From: a candidate division FCPU426 bacterium
GTDB taxonomy: Bacteria > Oederibacteriota > Muellerivitia > Muellerivitales > Muellerivitaceae
Length of the DNA stretch: 64,000 nucleotides
Direction of reading: 5' to 3'
Assembly: GCA_963738405.1 (NCBI GenBank)
Contig: CAVTWJ010000023.1
Coordinates: forward strand, 256,001-320,000
Part shown: positions 1 through 9,082 of the stretch, piece after piece
Numbering within the stretch: position 1 is the first letter of the stretch
Layout of the letters: every line of letters starts with the position of its first letter
The notes under the pieces: generated by a model
The model's database searches: none
What the model saw: only the letters and a program-made list of their open reading frames with translations
Told to the model about the DNA's origin: nothing
Translations under genes and position numbers: made by a program

Positions 1-806
1 AATATTTCAGCCCCCGCCATAAGAGGGGCGGAGACAAGGCTTTTCACTCCTGTTTGAGCTCCTAAGGTCTGAAACCTAAAGTCTTTCAGCGCATCGCCTA
101 CCACCAAGGGCTTCGTTTGGCCCGCGACCCATGCGTTAAACGGTTCTTGCGGATTCAAACGCTCCCGATTCAAACGCACGTCCATTTCAGTGTCGGGGCT
201 GTACCGTACAGCGTGGAGAGCTTTTCCAATACTGCTGTCGAATAAGAGGAGAGAATAAACCCCTCCAGGAACCAGAAACGTTTTCGAAATCGTTTCTATC
301 AAAAGCGCCACTACGTCCTGCGTCTTAAAAGTCATGGCTAAACTTCGGGCAAGTTCATTCAGGGCGATATAGCGCTGGATTTTGATTTGGTTGGCTTGAT
401 AGGCAGCCTTATCTTTTTCAAGGGACAACCTAATGTCATTGGCAGTTAATTCGGTTTCTTCCAGTGTGTTATTAAACGTAAACTCCCTGCGTTCTTTTTC
501 TTCATTCCACCTTTGCCAAAAATAAAGGTTAGAGGCAAGGGAAACCAAAAATAATAAATAGGGAGTCCATGTGTAACCGGATAATAAAAAGTCAAACAAA
601 CCCATCAGAACGGTCGCGCCGGATAGAAATAAGGTTAATGCCGAATTAAGAAATATCGTCGAAATGGCGATAGGAATGAAGAACAAAAATAGCGCCGAAC
701 TTAAGTTTTGATCGTGAAGCGCCATCCAATAACAATAGGTCAGGGAAACAATAAACGTTACAAGAACCAATCCCCATTTTTTCATCATCGAATAGGACTG
801 AATCAT
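1..806 (-). CDS. Membrane sensor protein with GAF domain (3' end lies outside the window; output domain unknown)
   Basis: Hand translation from ATG at 806 stays open to base 1: N-terminal hydrophobic helices, a coiled coil, then GAF-like NAWVAGQTKPLVVGDALKDFRF...VKSLVSAPLMAG. Confidence 0.7.
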   Translation of the reverse strand, partial: MIQSYSMMKKWGLVLVTFIVSLTYCYWMALHDQNLSSALFLFFIPIAISTIFLNSALTLFLSGATVLMGLFDFLLSGYTWTPYLLFLVSLASNLYFWQRWNEEKERREFTFNNTLEETELTANDIRLSLEKDKAAYQANQIKIQRYIALNELARSLAMTFKTQDVVALLIETISKTFLVPGGVYSLLLFDSSIGKALHAVRYSPDTEMDVRLNRERLNPQEPFNAWVAGQTKPLVVGDALKDFRFQTLGAQTGVKSLVSAPLMAGAEI

Positions 807-829
807 TTCAATTATTTTTTTCCGAAATA

Positions 830-1486
830 TCATAGTTTTCCGAAATACTTAATTTGCCGTGAATTTCCATTCACGTCCATTGTGGTCAGCCACACGCGCA
901 ATGCTTTTTGGAGGCTTTCTAAGCTTCCATTATTTCGCACGACCCAGTCAGAAAACGCCTCTTTTCTTTTATTAGGCCATTGAAGTTTTTCTCGACGGCG
1001 TGCTTCCGAAATGGTCCAACCCCTTTTAGTCAAAAACCGATGCCGCCTTTTTGTTTTGGCTGATATGCACAATACGCCATCAAACGACCGATGGTACCCC
1101 CCCTCGAAAATAAGGGGAACTTCTACCACCATCAAAGGGGGCGGATTGGTTCTTTTCAATAGTTTTTTCACCCAAAGATTTACGCGCCTTCGAATTTCGG
1201 GATGAACTATGGCGTTTAAGCGTTTTTGCTGACGAGAATCACTAAAAACAATCGCACCCAATTTCACCCTATCCACTTCATTTCCCGCTCCCAGGATGTC
1301 CCTCCCGAAGCGGGATACTAGCCGATCACGGAACAGTTTTTCCTTCAAGAGCTTGTGGCCCAACTGATCTGTTTGCAATGTTGGGATTCCGTGAGATTCC
1401 AGAAATTGAAGTGCCTCGCTTTTCCCAGCCCCCAGTGAGCCGGTCAATCCAATGATTCGATGATTTTTAATTGGGGTTACTGGCAC
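830..1486 (-). CDS. coaE: Dephospho-CoA kinase
   Basis: IIGLTGSLGAGKS Walker A, LNAIVHPEI, VEVPLIFE; GTG start chosen just after the folD stop. Confidence 0.93.
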   Translation of the reverse strand: MPVTPIKNHRIIGLTGSLGAGKSEALQFLESHGIPTLQTDQLGHKLLKEKLFRDRLVSRFGRDILGAGNEVDRVKLGAIVFSDSRQQKRLNAIVHPEIRRRVNLWVKKLLKRTNPPPLMVVEVPLIFEGGYHRSFDGVLCISAKTKRRHRFLTKRGWTISEARRREKLQWPNKRKEAFSDWVVRNNGSLESLQKALRVWLTTMDVNGNSRQIKYFGKL

Positions 1487-1487
1487 T

Positions 1488-2339
1488 TTAGCTATGGGTT
1501 TGCTGCTGAAAAGCATCGTAGGTGTTCTGCATCAACATAGCGATCGTCATCAACCCTACACCGCCCGGCACGGGTGAAATGGCGGATGCCACCCGAGAGA
1601 CCGAATCAAAGTCCACATCACCGCAAAGTTTTTCTCCCGGTGGACGGTTCGTTCCCACATCCACCACCACGGCGCCCGGCTTGACCATGTCCGCTGTGAT
1701 GAACCTCGGTTTTCCTATCGCCGCCACCAAAAGATCGGCACGGCGGGTTTCAGCCGCTAAATCACGGGTACGGCTATGGCACATTGTCACCGTGGCGTTT
1801 TCAGCCAAAAGCATCTGGGCCATGGGCTTTCCTACCATGTTGCTTCGGCCCACCACAACCGCAATGCACCCTTGAACTGAGATTTTATAGTACCGCAACA
1901 TCTCCATCACGCCATAGGGAGTACAGGATTTGGGCCCTGGCAAACCCGCGACCAAGCGACCTAAATTATCAGGATGGAGTCCATCCACATCCTTTTGAGG
2001 GTCAATGGCCAAAAGAATCTTATGGGAATCAATCGTTTTCGGGAGAGGCAGTTGCACCAGAAGGCCATGCAAAGCGGAATCTTCGTTAAAACGGCGAACC
2101 CAATCCAGGAGTTCCTCCTGGGTGGTTGTTGCGGGCAGCCGCTTCACAACCGAATGAAATCCAATTTCTTGACAGGATTTTTCCTTGTTGGCGACGTAAA
2201 TTTTTGAACCAGGATCCTCGCCTACCAAAACCACAGCCAACCCGGGCCGAGGTGCCCCAACCGGCAAAGCGGATACCAGGGCTTTTAACCGGTCCTTGAC
2301 CACCGCCGAAACGACTTTTCCGTCTAAAAGGGTCGCCAT
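1488..2339 (-). CDS. folD: Methylenetetrahydrofolate dehydrogenase/cyclohydrolase
   Basis: LLVQLPLP, KDVDGLHP, VGRSNMVGKP, PVPGGVG; ATG 2339 with AAGGAGG RBS. Confidence 0.97.
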   Translation of the reverse strand: MATLLDGKVVSAVVKDRLKALVSALPVGAPRPGLAVVLVGEDPGSKIYVANKEKSCQEIGFHSVVKRLPATTTQEELLDWVRRFNEDSALHGLLVQLPLPKTIDSHKILLAIDPQKDVDGLHPDNLGRLVAGLPGPKSCTPYGVMEMLRYYKISVQGCIAVVVGRSNMVGKPMAQMLLAENATVTMCHSRTRDLAAETRRADLLVAAIGKPRFITADMVKPGAVVVDVGTNRPPGEKLCGDVDFDSVSRVASAISPVPGGVGLMTIAMLMQNTYDAFQQQTHS

Positions 2340-2453
2340 TCCCGCCCTCCTTAGGACAAGAAAATTTTCAGGCATTTTAGCGTTGGTCTGAGCGGAATTC
2401 CACGGCTTTACCGTTACTCACCGTCCGCAGCCGGCCACATCAATTGTTCTGAT

Positions 2454-3002
2454 TTATCGGGTTGTCATAAGGGCCAGCGATTCGACTGAACGCTGGATTT
2501 CAGAAAGATCGAATGGTTTCAAAACGACCGTCAAAGGCCCTAATTTCATGGCTTCTACCAACATTTCGCTGTCGGGATAGGCCGTGACGATGACGACCAA
2601 GGATCTCAAATTCAGTTTTTTGATTTCCTTGAAAACCTCGACGCCGTTCATACCCGGCATCTTTAGATCCAGAAAGATAAAATCATAAAAGGTTTTGGAT
2701 ACGGCATCCAAACCCTCGGCTCCAGTATGAACCGCTTCGACACTATACTTGCGTTTATCGAGCGCCTTTGAAAAAAGATTACAAATAGATTCCTCATCAT
2801 CAACCACTAATATTTTTTTCTGAACGGAAGCAGATCCCTTTTCCAGCCATTTATCGATTAACTCTTTTTTGAAACGCCATTCACTCGCGACCTTAAACGA
2901 AGGCAAATCTCCTTGCTGGGCGAGTTTATAGATGGTTGTTGTAGTTATTTTTAAATAGGTCGACAGCTCTTGGGCTGTCATAATTTCGTCGTTTTGGATC
3001 AT
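2454..3002 (-). CDS. Excisionase-like HTH fused to a receiver domain
   Basis: IMTAQELSTYLKI...IYKLAQQGDLPSFKVASEWRF then ILVVDDE, FLDLKMPGMNG, VTAY, KPF. Confidence 0.88.
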   Translation of the reverse strand: MIQNDEIMTAQELSTYLKITTTTIYKLAQQGDLPSFKVASEWRFKKELIDKWLEKGSASVQKKILVVDDEESICNLFSKALDKRKYSVEAVHTGAEGLDAVSKTFYDFIFLDLKMPGMNGVEVFKEIKKLNLRSLVVIVTAYPDSEMLVEAMKLGPLTVVLKPFDLSEIQRSVESLALMTTR

Positions 3003-3229
3003 ATCAACCAGATATTCCTTCGTGGTTTAGTCAAATCTTTATTGAATGCAATTATTATATCGTATATTTATTTTTACGGCTCCATGTCTTTAACTCAAGT
3101 GAAGTGCTTCGGAATATGGTCGACGACAAATTTCTCAAAAAAGCAAAGGGATTTTAATAACTTGATGTTTATCAAGTACCATTTTTAAAACGGGTTGAAT
3201 TTCCGCCATCTTGATCGCACATCACGGGG

Positions 3230-3541
3230 TCAAGACTGTTTTTGGATAGTTTCGACATAGGAACGTTCAATTTCTATTTTTGTATTTTCAGCAATCTTCA
3301 AGATAATTATCTGTTCTTTAATATCCGCGACAATACCATAAACACCCCCGCGGGTTAATACCCGGTCGCCCCTTTGGATGGAATTTAGTAATTCTTCGCG
3401 CTTTTTCCGTTCCTTAGTTTGGGGAACGATCATAATGAAATAAAACAGCCCTACGATTAAGATCATCGGCAAAAATGAGATGATTCCGGCTAAGGGGGAT
3501 GCCCCAGCGGCGGTTGCGGTTTGAGCAAAAGCTGTGTCCAT
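3230..3541 (-). CDS. yajC: Preprotein translocase subunit YajC
   Basis: FYFIMIVPQ, GDRVLTRGGVYG, IAENTKIEI. Confidence 0.93.
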   Translation of the reverse strand: MDTAFAQTATAAGASPLAGIISFLPMILIVGLFYFIMIVPQTKERKKREELLNSIQRGDRVLTRGGVYGIVADIKEQIIILKIAENTKIEIERSYVETIQKQS

Positions 3542-3640
3542 TTTTTCTCCTAAGAATGACCTGTTATTTTCAGTACATTCAGAAAGTTTTCAGCGAATCT
3601 CTTTAAAAACGCCTACAAATCAAAACCGGATTTAAGACCC

Positions 3641-4459
3641 TTATTTTTCGTCAAGTACTCCATAACGAATGGCTTTGATTTTACCTTCTTTATCAATCAA
3701 TATTTCAATCTTGTCCGAGAAGCTCAAGCCCCTTCCGTGCGCGTAATGAATCACTTTTAGGCCATCCCTATCCTCTTGGCCGTCGTAATTGTAATAAATA
3801 TTCTGAAATGCGTTTCGCACATCTCCCACGGAAGAATCAAAGGTAACCCCATCGGGAGTCATGATCTTAAGATCACCGTCTTTTTGAGGCGGATCAAATT
3901 CTAGGATTCCTCTGTCCCTATCCTCATAACGCAACAGAGAGAAGTTCTTGATGTGGTACAAATTACGGGCAACGCCTGAGGGTTTCCGCCCATCCACCTT
4001 TTTGGTTAAAGGCCATTTCTGGTCTTCGGCTAGGCTGTAAAGATCATGAAGGTTGTATCGAACGTCCTTGTACCATCCCTCGGCGTTGACGAGATCCAAA
4101 ACCAGTAAATCAGCGGCATCTTTATTTTTCTCAGCCAAGTCTTGGGCTTTTTTCGAAGCATCCTTCAAGAAAAAGTCTTCTTGCTTCTCCTTGCTCGCGC
4201 CATCTCCCTGATCCCCGGATAACCTTGCAGGCTCGGGTGTGGAGGATGATTCCAACTTCATTTTTTCCATTTCCAGTTTCAATTTGTCGTTTTCGAGTTG
4301 AAGCCTCTCAACTTCCAGCTGCTTTTTTTCCATTTCCAAGTCGGAAGCCGTTGCTTGCGGCGCGGGGCTTGGAGGCATAGTGTTTTGCGCTTTAATTTTC
4401 GGCGCCAAAAACAAGGACATCACTGCCGCAAGCACAAACATTTTTTCGTTCAATTTCAT
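3641..4459 (-). CDS. Hypothetical exported protein with N-terminal coiled coil
   Basis: ATG 4459 with AGGAGA RBS; signal peptide ending IKA-Q; heptad run LEMEKKQLEVERLQLENDKLKLEME. Confidence 0.7.
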   Translation of the reverse strand: MKLNEKMFVLAAVMSLFLAPKIKAQNTMPPSPAPQATASDLEMEKKQLEVERLQLENDKLKLEMEKMKLESSSTPEPARLSGDQGDGASKEKQEDFFLKDASKKAQDLAEKNKDAADLLVLDLVNAEGWYKDVRYNLHDLYSLAEDQKWPLTKKVDGRKPSGVARNLYHIKNFSLLRYEDRDRGILEFDPPQKDGDLKIMTPDGVTFDSSVGDVRNAFQNIYYNYDGQEDRDGLKVIHYAHGRGLSFSDKIEILIDKEGKIKAIRYGVLDEK

Positions 4460-4526
4460 CTTGTATCTCCTGGTTATTTTAAACTTTCGGGGCATCTCAT
4501 TTGAGGTTGTCACTTCGCGCAAAAAC

Positions 4527-4557
4527 AAAAAACCCCGCCCCACTTCTGCGGGACGGG
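4527..4557 (-). terminator. Intrinsic terminator after OMP paralog 3
   Basis: Minus strand CCCGTCCCGC-AGAA-GTGGGGCGGG followed by a T run. Confidence 0.7.
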
Positions 4558-4573
4558 CGGCATTATGCGTTTC

Positions 4574-5809
4574 TTAGAATCGATACCTCAGATTCATTTC
4601 AGTAATGGTCAATAAGTTGCCGTTGCCAAACAGTAAGCCGTTACCCGGCGCGGCGTTGTTGATGGACTGCTCCAACGAACTAGCCGCCGCCTCGCCATCC
4701 CAAACCCAATTTTCCACGTTGACGGCATAGCCAACGGAAAACTGATACCCCGTTTGATAATTATTTTGTGTGTAGGTTGGGGCGGCATTCGAGGAATAAT
4801 CCCTGGAAGTCATAATCCCCTCCAAACCGGCACGAAGGGTAAGCCAGTCCGCTACTTCATGTTCTATCGCGCCGTTCCAAAGAAGAACCCATCCATCCTC
4901 GTTATAGCTATTCTTTACGGAAGCTCCGACATATTCCCCTACCAAACCGGTCGCGATCAATCCTTTCCCTTCGCTAACCTTTTGATCCCAAGAGCCTCCC
5001 ACAAGCAACGTGGTATCGCTGAAATTATAGCCATTTAAGTCCGTTAAGTTATCCTGGTTCATGCTGGTATCGGCGAAAACTTTAAAATAGTTGGTGTCAT
5101 TGACGTCCAACCGTCCCAAGCCGCCCAATTTAACGCTATTGGTTCCATTGTCGTGATTTTTTGCCGCCAAACCAATCTGAGTAGTGAAATTCGTTCCATA
5201 ATCCGCATGGAGATCCAGCTGGCTGAAGGGGCCAACCGTGCCAAGCCCTAACCCCAACGACAAAAAGTACTGTTCCACTTCCCAATTCCCAACGGCTTGA
5301 ATTCCGTTATCCCCATAATTGAAATGGATGCCGAAATCAGCTCCGCCGACACTTTGGGCCCAGAATAGGTCGATCGTATTATTAATGACCGGCTGTCCCA
5401 GGTAGTGATCATTTCCAGGATTACTGTATAAACCTTCAATTGGGTCGTTTGCGTTTTGAAAATAATTCGTGACGTAATAGGCAGGTGTACGAACCAAGTA
5501 AGGACGATTCACATAGACCCCAACCACCCCTCCCAAGGCGCTTTCTTCAGCTATGACCCCCCCCCACTCATTTACCCCATTTCCAAAACCGCTGGTATTA
5601 CCAAAGCCAATACTTCCGACATTGTTTAAACGAAAATCGGCCGTGTTTTTGTATTGCATAATTTGGTTGGGATAAAGCCATATTAGATCAATGTCATCCA
5701 CTTGCCGAACATCCAGAGAAAGCGAATCCAATCTGGAACTGGCTTGGGATTGAATCGTGATGCCAAAAGCGATAAATAAAACTGAAAGAAGCAAAAGACT
5801 TTTTTTCAC
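4574..5809 (-). CDS. Outer-membrane beta-barrel protein, paralog 3
   Basis: GTG 5809 with GGAGG RBS; signal peptide; shared blocks DLIWLYPN and EWGGVIAEES; C-terminus EMNLRYRF with terminal Phe. Confidence 0.8.
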   Translation of the reverse strand: MKKSLLLLSVLFIAFGITIQSQASSRLDSLSLDVRQVDDIDLIWLYPNQIMQYKNTADFRLNNVGSIGFGNTSGFGNGVNEWGGVIAEESALGGVVGVYVNRPYLVRTPAYYVTNYFQNANDPIEGLYSNPGNDHYLGQPVINNTIDLFWAQSVGGADFGIHFNYGDNGIQAVGNWEVEQYFLSLGLGLGTVGPFSQLDLHADYGTNFTTQIGLAAKNHDNGTNSVKLGGLGRLDVNDTNYFKVFADTSMNQDNLTDLNGYNFSDTTLLVGGSWDQKVSEGKGLIATGLVGEYVGASVKNSYNEDGWVLLWNGAIEHEVADWLTLRAGLEGIMTSRDYSSNAAPTYTQNNYQTGYQFSVGYAVNVENWVWDGEAAASSLEQSINNAAPGNGLLFGNGNLLTITEMNLRYRF

Positions 5810-5907
5810 GCTGCCCTCCAAAAGCATCTTAAAAAATTGGCGATTATCGCTGAAATCGGCATCATTCAAACAGAATGCCTTAGTTAAAATCAACCTTTGC
5901 CTTTTAT

Positions 5908-5948
5908 AAAAAAAGCCCTGTTCCGCCATATGGGGAGCAGGGCTTTTT
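5908..5948 (-). terminator. Intrinsic terminator after OMP paralog 2
   Basis: AAAAGCCCTGTTCC...GGAGCAGGGCTTTTT stem with flanking A/T runs. Confidence 0.85.
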
Positions 5949-5959
5949 CCGAATACTCA

Positions 5960-7270
5960 TTAGAACTTATAGCGAAGATCAGCCTCAGTCACATAAACAA
6001 TGGGGTTGCCGGTGAAGAACAAACCATTCCCAGGCGCAACATTGTTGATACTGCGTTCGAGTTCCGAAACGTCGATCACGCCATCTAATGTAAAGTTTTG
6101 CCAGTTGATCCCAAAGCCACCCGTAAAATTCACGGAGTTGTTGGTATTTGTAAGGTAAGTCGGCGAATTAGTTCCGACATAGGATCTGCTGACGATGGGG
6201 GCTGAAATCCCGAACCGAGCTGTCAACCAGTCGGCCAATTCGGATTCAACAGAACCATTCCAAACCAAATCCCATTGCGCGGCGGTATCACTCGGAATGC
6301 CATCGTGAGGATCTTTAAGGGTTGCTTGTTGCCAGGCAAAATTAATTCCTGTCAACACCAACCCCTTCCCTCCGTTTACTTTATGATTGCAAGAGGTACC
6401 CAACACAAGGGTCGTATCGTTATTTTTATATTGCTCTAAGTCTGTAATGTCAAACTGGTCAATGGAAGCGTCCGCGAAAACCCTCATGTAGTTATCCGCA
6501 GACAGATCAGCTTGACCCAAAGCTCCCAGCTTGATGGAATAAATCCCATTGTCCTTGTTTTTATTAGTGTTATTGTTCAAATCAGTGATTGATTCAATAT
6601 CGTAATCGGCATGCAGGTTCAGTTCCTGAAACGGACCCACACCCGTGAAACCCAATCCGAGCGCCAAACCCGCGACCGCTTGCTCAGGAGGATTCGGGCT
6701 TCCGCCCACCCCATTGTCACCATAGTTGATGTGAACGCCCAAATCGGCTCCGCCCAGGCTTTGCGCCCAGAACAAATCAAAAATGTTTTGAACGTCATAA
6801 TAATAATTTGCGGTGTTATAGCTGTTGCTTCCAGGTCCGCCAAAGTAATAGCGAAGTGGATTAAGGGTTCCTTCATATCCGTTACTGATATTCCAAAAAT
6901 CTTGAATCGTATTGGCACTCGGTTGATACAAATAGCTGGGACGGTTTACATACACACCCACCACGCCGCCGAGAGAAGATTCTTCCGCAATCACCCCACC
7001 CCATTCACCCGTTCCTAAACCAAAAGCACCGTTGTTTGGATAACTATTGTTATAGTGTGCAGGGGTACCGTTATCTCCACCGGCGTTAAGACGAAAGTCT
7101 ACAGTATTTTTGTATTGAATAACCTTGTTCGGATAGAGCCAGATAAGGTCCAAATCTTCAACTTCCCGAATGTCGGTTCCCAAGGCATCCACCCGGGCAC
7201 TGGCATGGGATTTTGTTGTTAAACAAAACGCAGCTAAAACAGTTAGAACTAACAGTATTGTTTTTTTCAC
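5960..7270 (-). CDS. Outer-membrane beta-barrel protein, paralog 2
   Basis: GTG 7270 with GGGGAG RBS; signal peptide; ARVDALGTDIREVEDLDLIWLYPNKV; ends TEADLRYKF. Confidence 0.82.
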   Translation of the reverse strand: MKKTILLVLTVLAAFCLTTKSHASARVDALGTDIREVEDLDLIWLYPNKVIQYKNTVDFRLNAGGDNGTPAHYNNSYPNNGAFGLGTGEWGGVIAEESSLGGVVGVYVNRPSYLYQPSANTIQDFWNISNGYEGTLNPLRYYFGGPGSNSYNTANYYYDVQNIFDLFWAQSLGGADLGVHINYGDNGVGGSPNPPEQAVAGLALGLGFTGVGPFQELNLHADYDIESITDLNNNTNKNKDNGIYSIKLGALGQADLSADNYMRVFADASIDQFDITDLEQYKNNDTTLVLGTSCNHKVNGGKGLVLTGINFAWQQATLKDPHDGIPSDTAAQWDLVWNGSVESELADWLTARFGISAPIVSRSYVGTNSPTYLTNTNNSVNFTGGFGINWQNFTLDGVIDVSELERSINNVAPGNGLFFTGNPIVYVTEADLRYKF

Positions 7271-7337
7271 GGTCACTCCCCTTTGCACTTGAACCTAGTC
7301 CCTTTTTTCAAAAAGGGCTGAACATTTAAATCAAAAG

Positions 7338-7377
7338 AAAAAAGCCCTGTTCCCCCAACTGGGAAACAGGGCCTTTT
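7338..7377 (-). terminator. Intrinsic terminator after OMP paralog 1
   Basis: AAAAAAGCCCTGTTCCC...GGGAAACAGGGC; homologous to the terminator at 5908. Confidence 0.85.
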
Positions 7378-7393
7378 CAAAGTCTACCTAAAA

Positions 7394-8680
7394 TTAGAAC
7401 TTGTAGCGAAGGTCAGCCTCGGTCACCGTCACGATGCTGCCACCGTTGTTGCTTCCCGCAAACAACAACCCGTTGCCAGGCTGAATGTTCGAGAGCGTGT
7501 TTTCCAACGAGGTCATGCTCACAACACCATCCAAGGTGAAGTTTTGGAAATTGACTCCAAAACCGCCGGTAAACGACACGTTGGCGTGGGTGTTGCTGAA
7601 GTAAGTGGGGTTGTTGGTGGAGTCATAGGCCCTGGCCACAATGGCCTTGGAAATTCCGAACCGACCAGTTAACCAGCTGGCCAATTCCGATTCCACTGAA
7701 CCGTTCCACATCAAATTCCAATTGGTCTCGTTTTCGATACCATTCGGAGTGGGGCTAGTATTGTAAGTTGTGGCAGTACCATTGATCCAATCAAAGGCCA
7801 AACCAGTCACCACCAAGCCTTTGCCGCCATTCACCTTGTGGCTGCAGGAAGTACCCAACACCAAAGTGGTATCGGAAGTTCCAAAGCTTTGAAGGTCTTT
7901 CAGGTCTTGCTGATCGATCGTCAAATCGGCGAAAGTCTTGACGAAGTTGTCGGTGGAGACATTGATCTGTCCCAAGGCACCCAACTTGATATCGCTGATT
8001 CCGTTATCTTTGTTCTTGGAAGTGTTGTTGTTCAGGTCCGTGATGGATTCCATGTCGTAGTCAGCATGAACATTCAACTCATCAAAGGGACCCACTCCGG
8101 TAAAGCCCAAGCCCAAGGCCAAGCCCACATTGGCAGCCTCAGGGGGAGTCGGGCTATTACCAACGCCGTTATCTCCGTAGTTCAAGTGAACGCCCAAATC
8201 GGCGCCACCAATTCCCTGACCCCAGAAGATGTCAACGATGTTGCGAACACGGTAAGCAGTAAAATCATAGGTGCCGCCAACCGGGTTAAAATAAGCGCGC
8301 AATGGATCGCGGAAGTCGTTCGAGCCGTATAGGTTGGTGTAACCCGCGGCATTGTTCAAATAAGACGGGCGATTGACATACACGCCAACCACACCACCCA
8401 GGGAAGTCTCATCAGCAATCACTCCACCCCATTCGCCAGTGCCGCCGCCGAAGCTTCCGTTATAGGAAGGTTGGCTGCCGCCCCACGGTCCTTGGTTCAG
8501 ACGGAAATCGACCGTATTCTTGTATTGCAAAACCTTGTTTGGATACAGCCAGATGAGGTCCAGATCCTCAACTTCCCGGATGTCGGTTCCCAAAGCATCA
8601 ACCCTGGCATCGGCATAAACCTTCACCGAAGCGCCTAGGGCCATCAGACCCATCAGAAGCATCAAAAGACCTTTCTTCAT
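7394..8680 (-). CDS. Outer-membrane beta-barrel protein, paralog 1 (probable major surface protein)
   Basis: Signal peptide ending VYA-D; Gly/Asn/aromatic-rich amphipathic strands; ends TEADLRYKF; AAGGAG RBS. Confidence 0.83.
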   Translation of the reverse strand: MKKGLLMLLMGLMALGASVKVYADARVDALGTDIREVEDLDLIWLYPNKVLQYKNTVDFRLNQGPWGGSQPSYNGSFGGGTGEWGGVIADETSLGGVVGVYVNRPSYLNNAAGYTNLYGSNDFRDPLRAYFNPVGGTYDFTAYRVRNIVDIFWGQGIGGADLGVHLNYGDNGVGNSPTPPEAANVGLALGLGFTGVGPFDELNVHADYDMESITDLNNNTSKNKDNGISDIKLGALGQINVSTDNFVKTFADLTIDQQDLKDLQSFGTSDTTLVLGTSCSHKVNGGKGLVVTGLAFDWINGTATTYNTSPTPNGIENETNWNLMWNGSVESELASWLTGRFGISKAIVARAYDSTNNPTYFSNTHANVSFTGGFGVNFQNFTLDGVVSMTSLENTLSNIQPGNGLLFAGSNNGGSIVTVTEADLRYKF

Positions 8681-8945
8681 TCTCTCTCTCCTTGAAACTT
8701 TAAATTAGGGTCACACTCCTCAGGGGCGAGTGTGTGTCCCTACCCAACCTGCCCAACCAGCCCCTTAGGGGCCTCCAACACTTAGATCGTCCAAGGTTAA
8801 GGCTTTAACCTTTTTCAATCTTCTGCTTTTTGAGGATGGTCCGGGTTTGACCCGTTCTCACCCAAAACACGGACCTCCTCAGGGAGAAGCCCGAAAACCA
8901 GCAAAAAAGGCATCGGCCAAACCTATGCCTATAGCAAACGGCAAA

Positions 8946-8974
8946 ACTATAAGTGCGTATTTAAAGCCTGTCAA
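8946..8974 (-). promoter_or_regulatory. Sigma70 promoter of the OMP array
   Basis: Minus strand TTGACA-17 bp-TATAGT. Confidence 0.8.
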
Positions 8975-9082
8975 GAGTGAAAAGGGTGCCGAATTGACGA
9001 AATCCACCCCCTAATGGAGCCAAACTTACCTTACCAACTAAATATAGTGGTTAAAAAGACAAAAAACGCCAAAATAAGCCCT

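Noticed and set aside
8681..8940. Known c-di-GMP or c-di-AMP riboswitch in the OMP leader
   Set aside because: Consensus motifs were not found by eye; kept only as an unknown structured leader.
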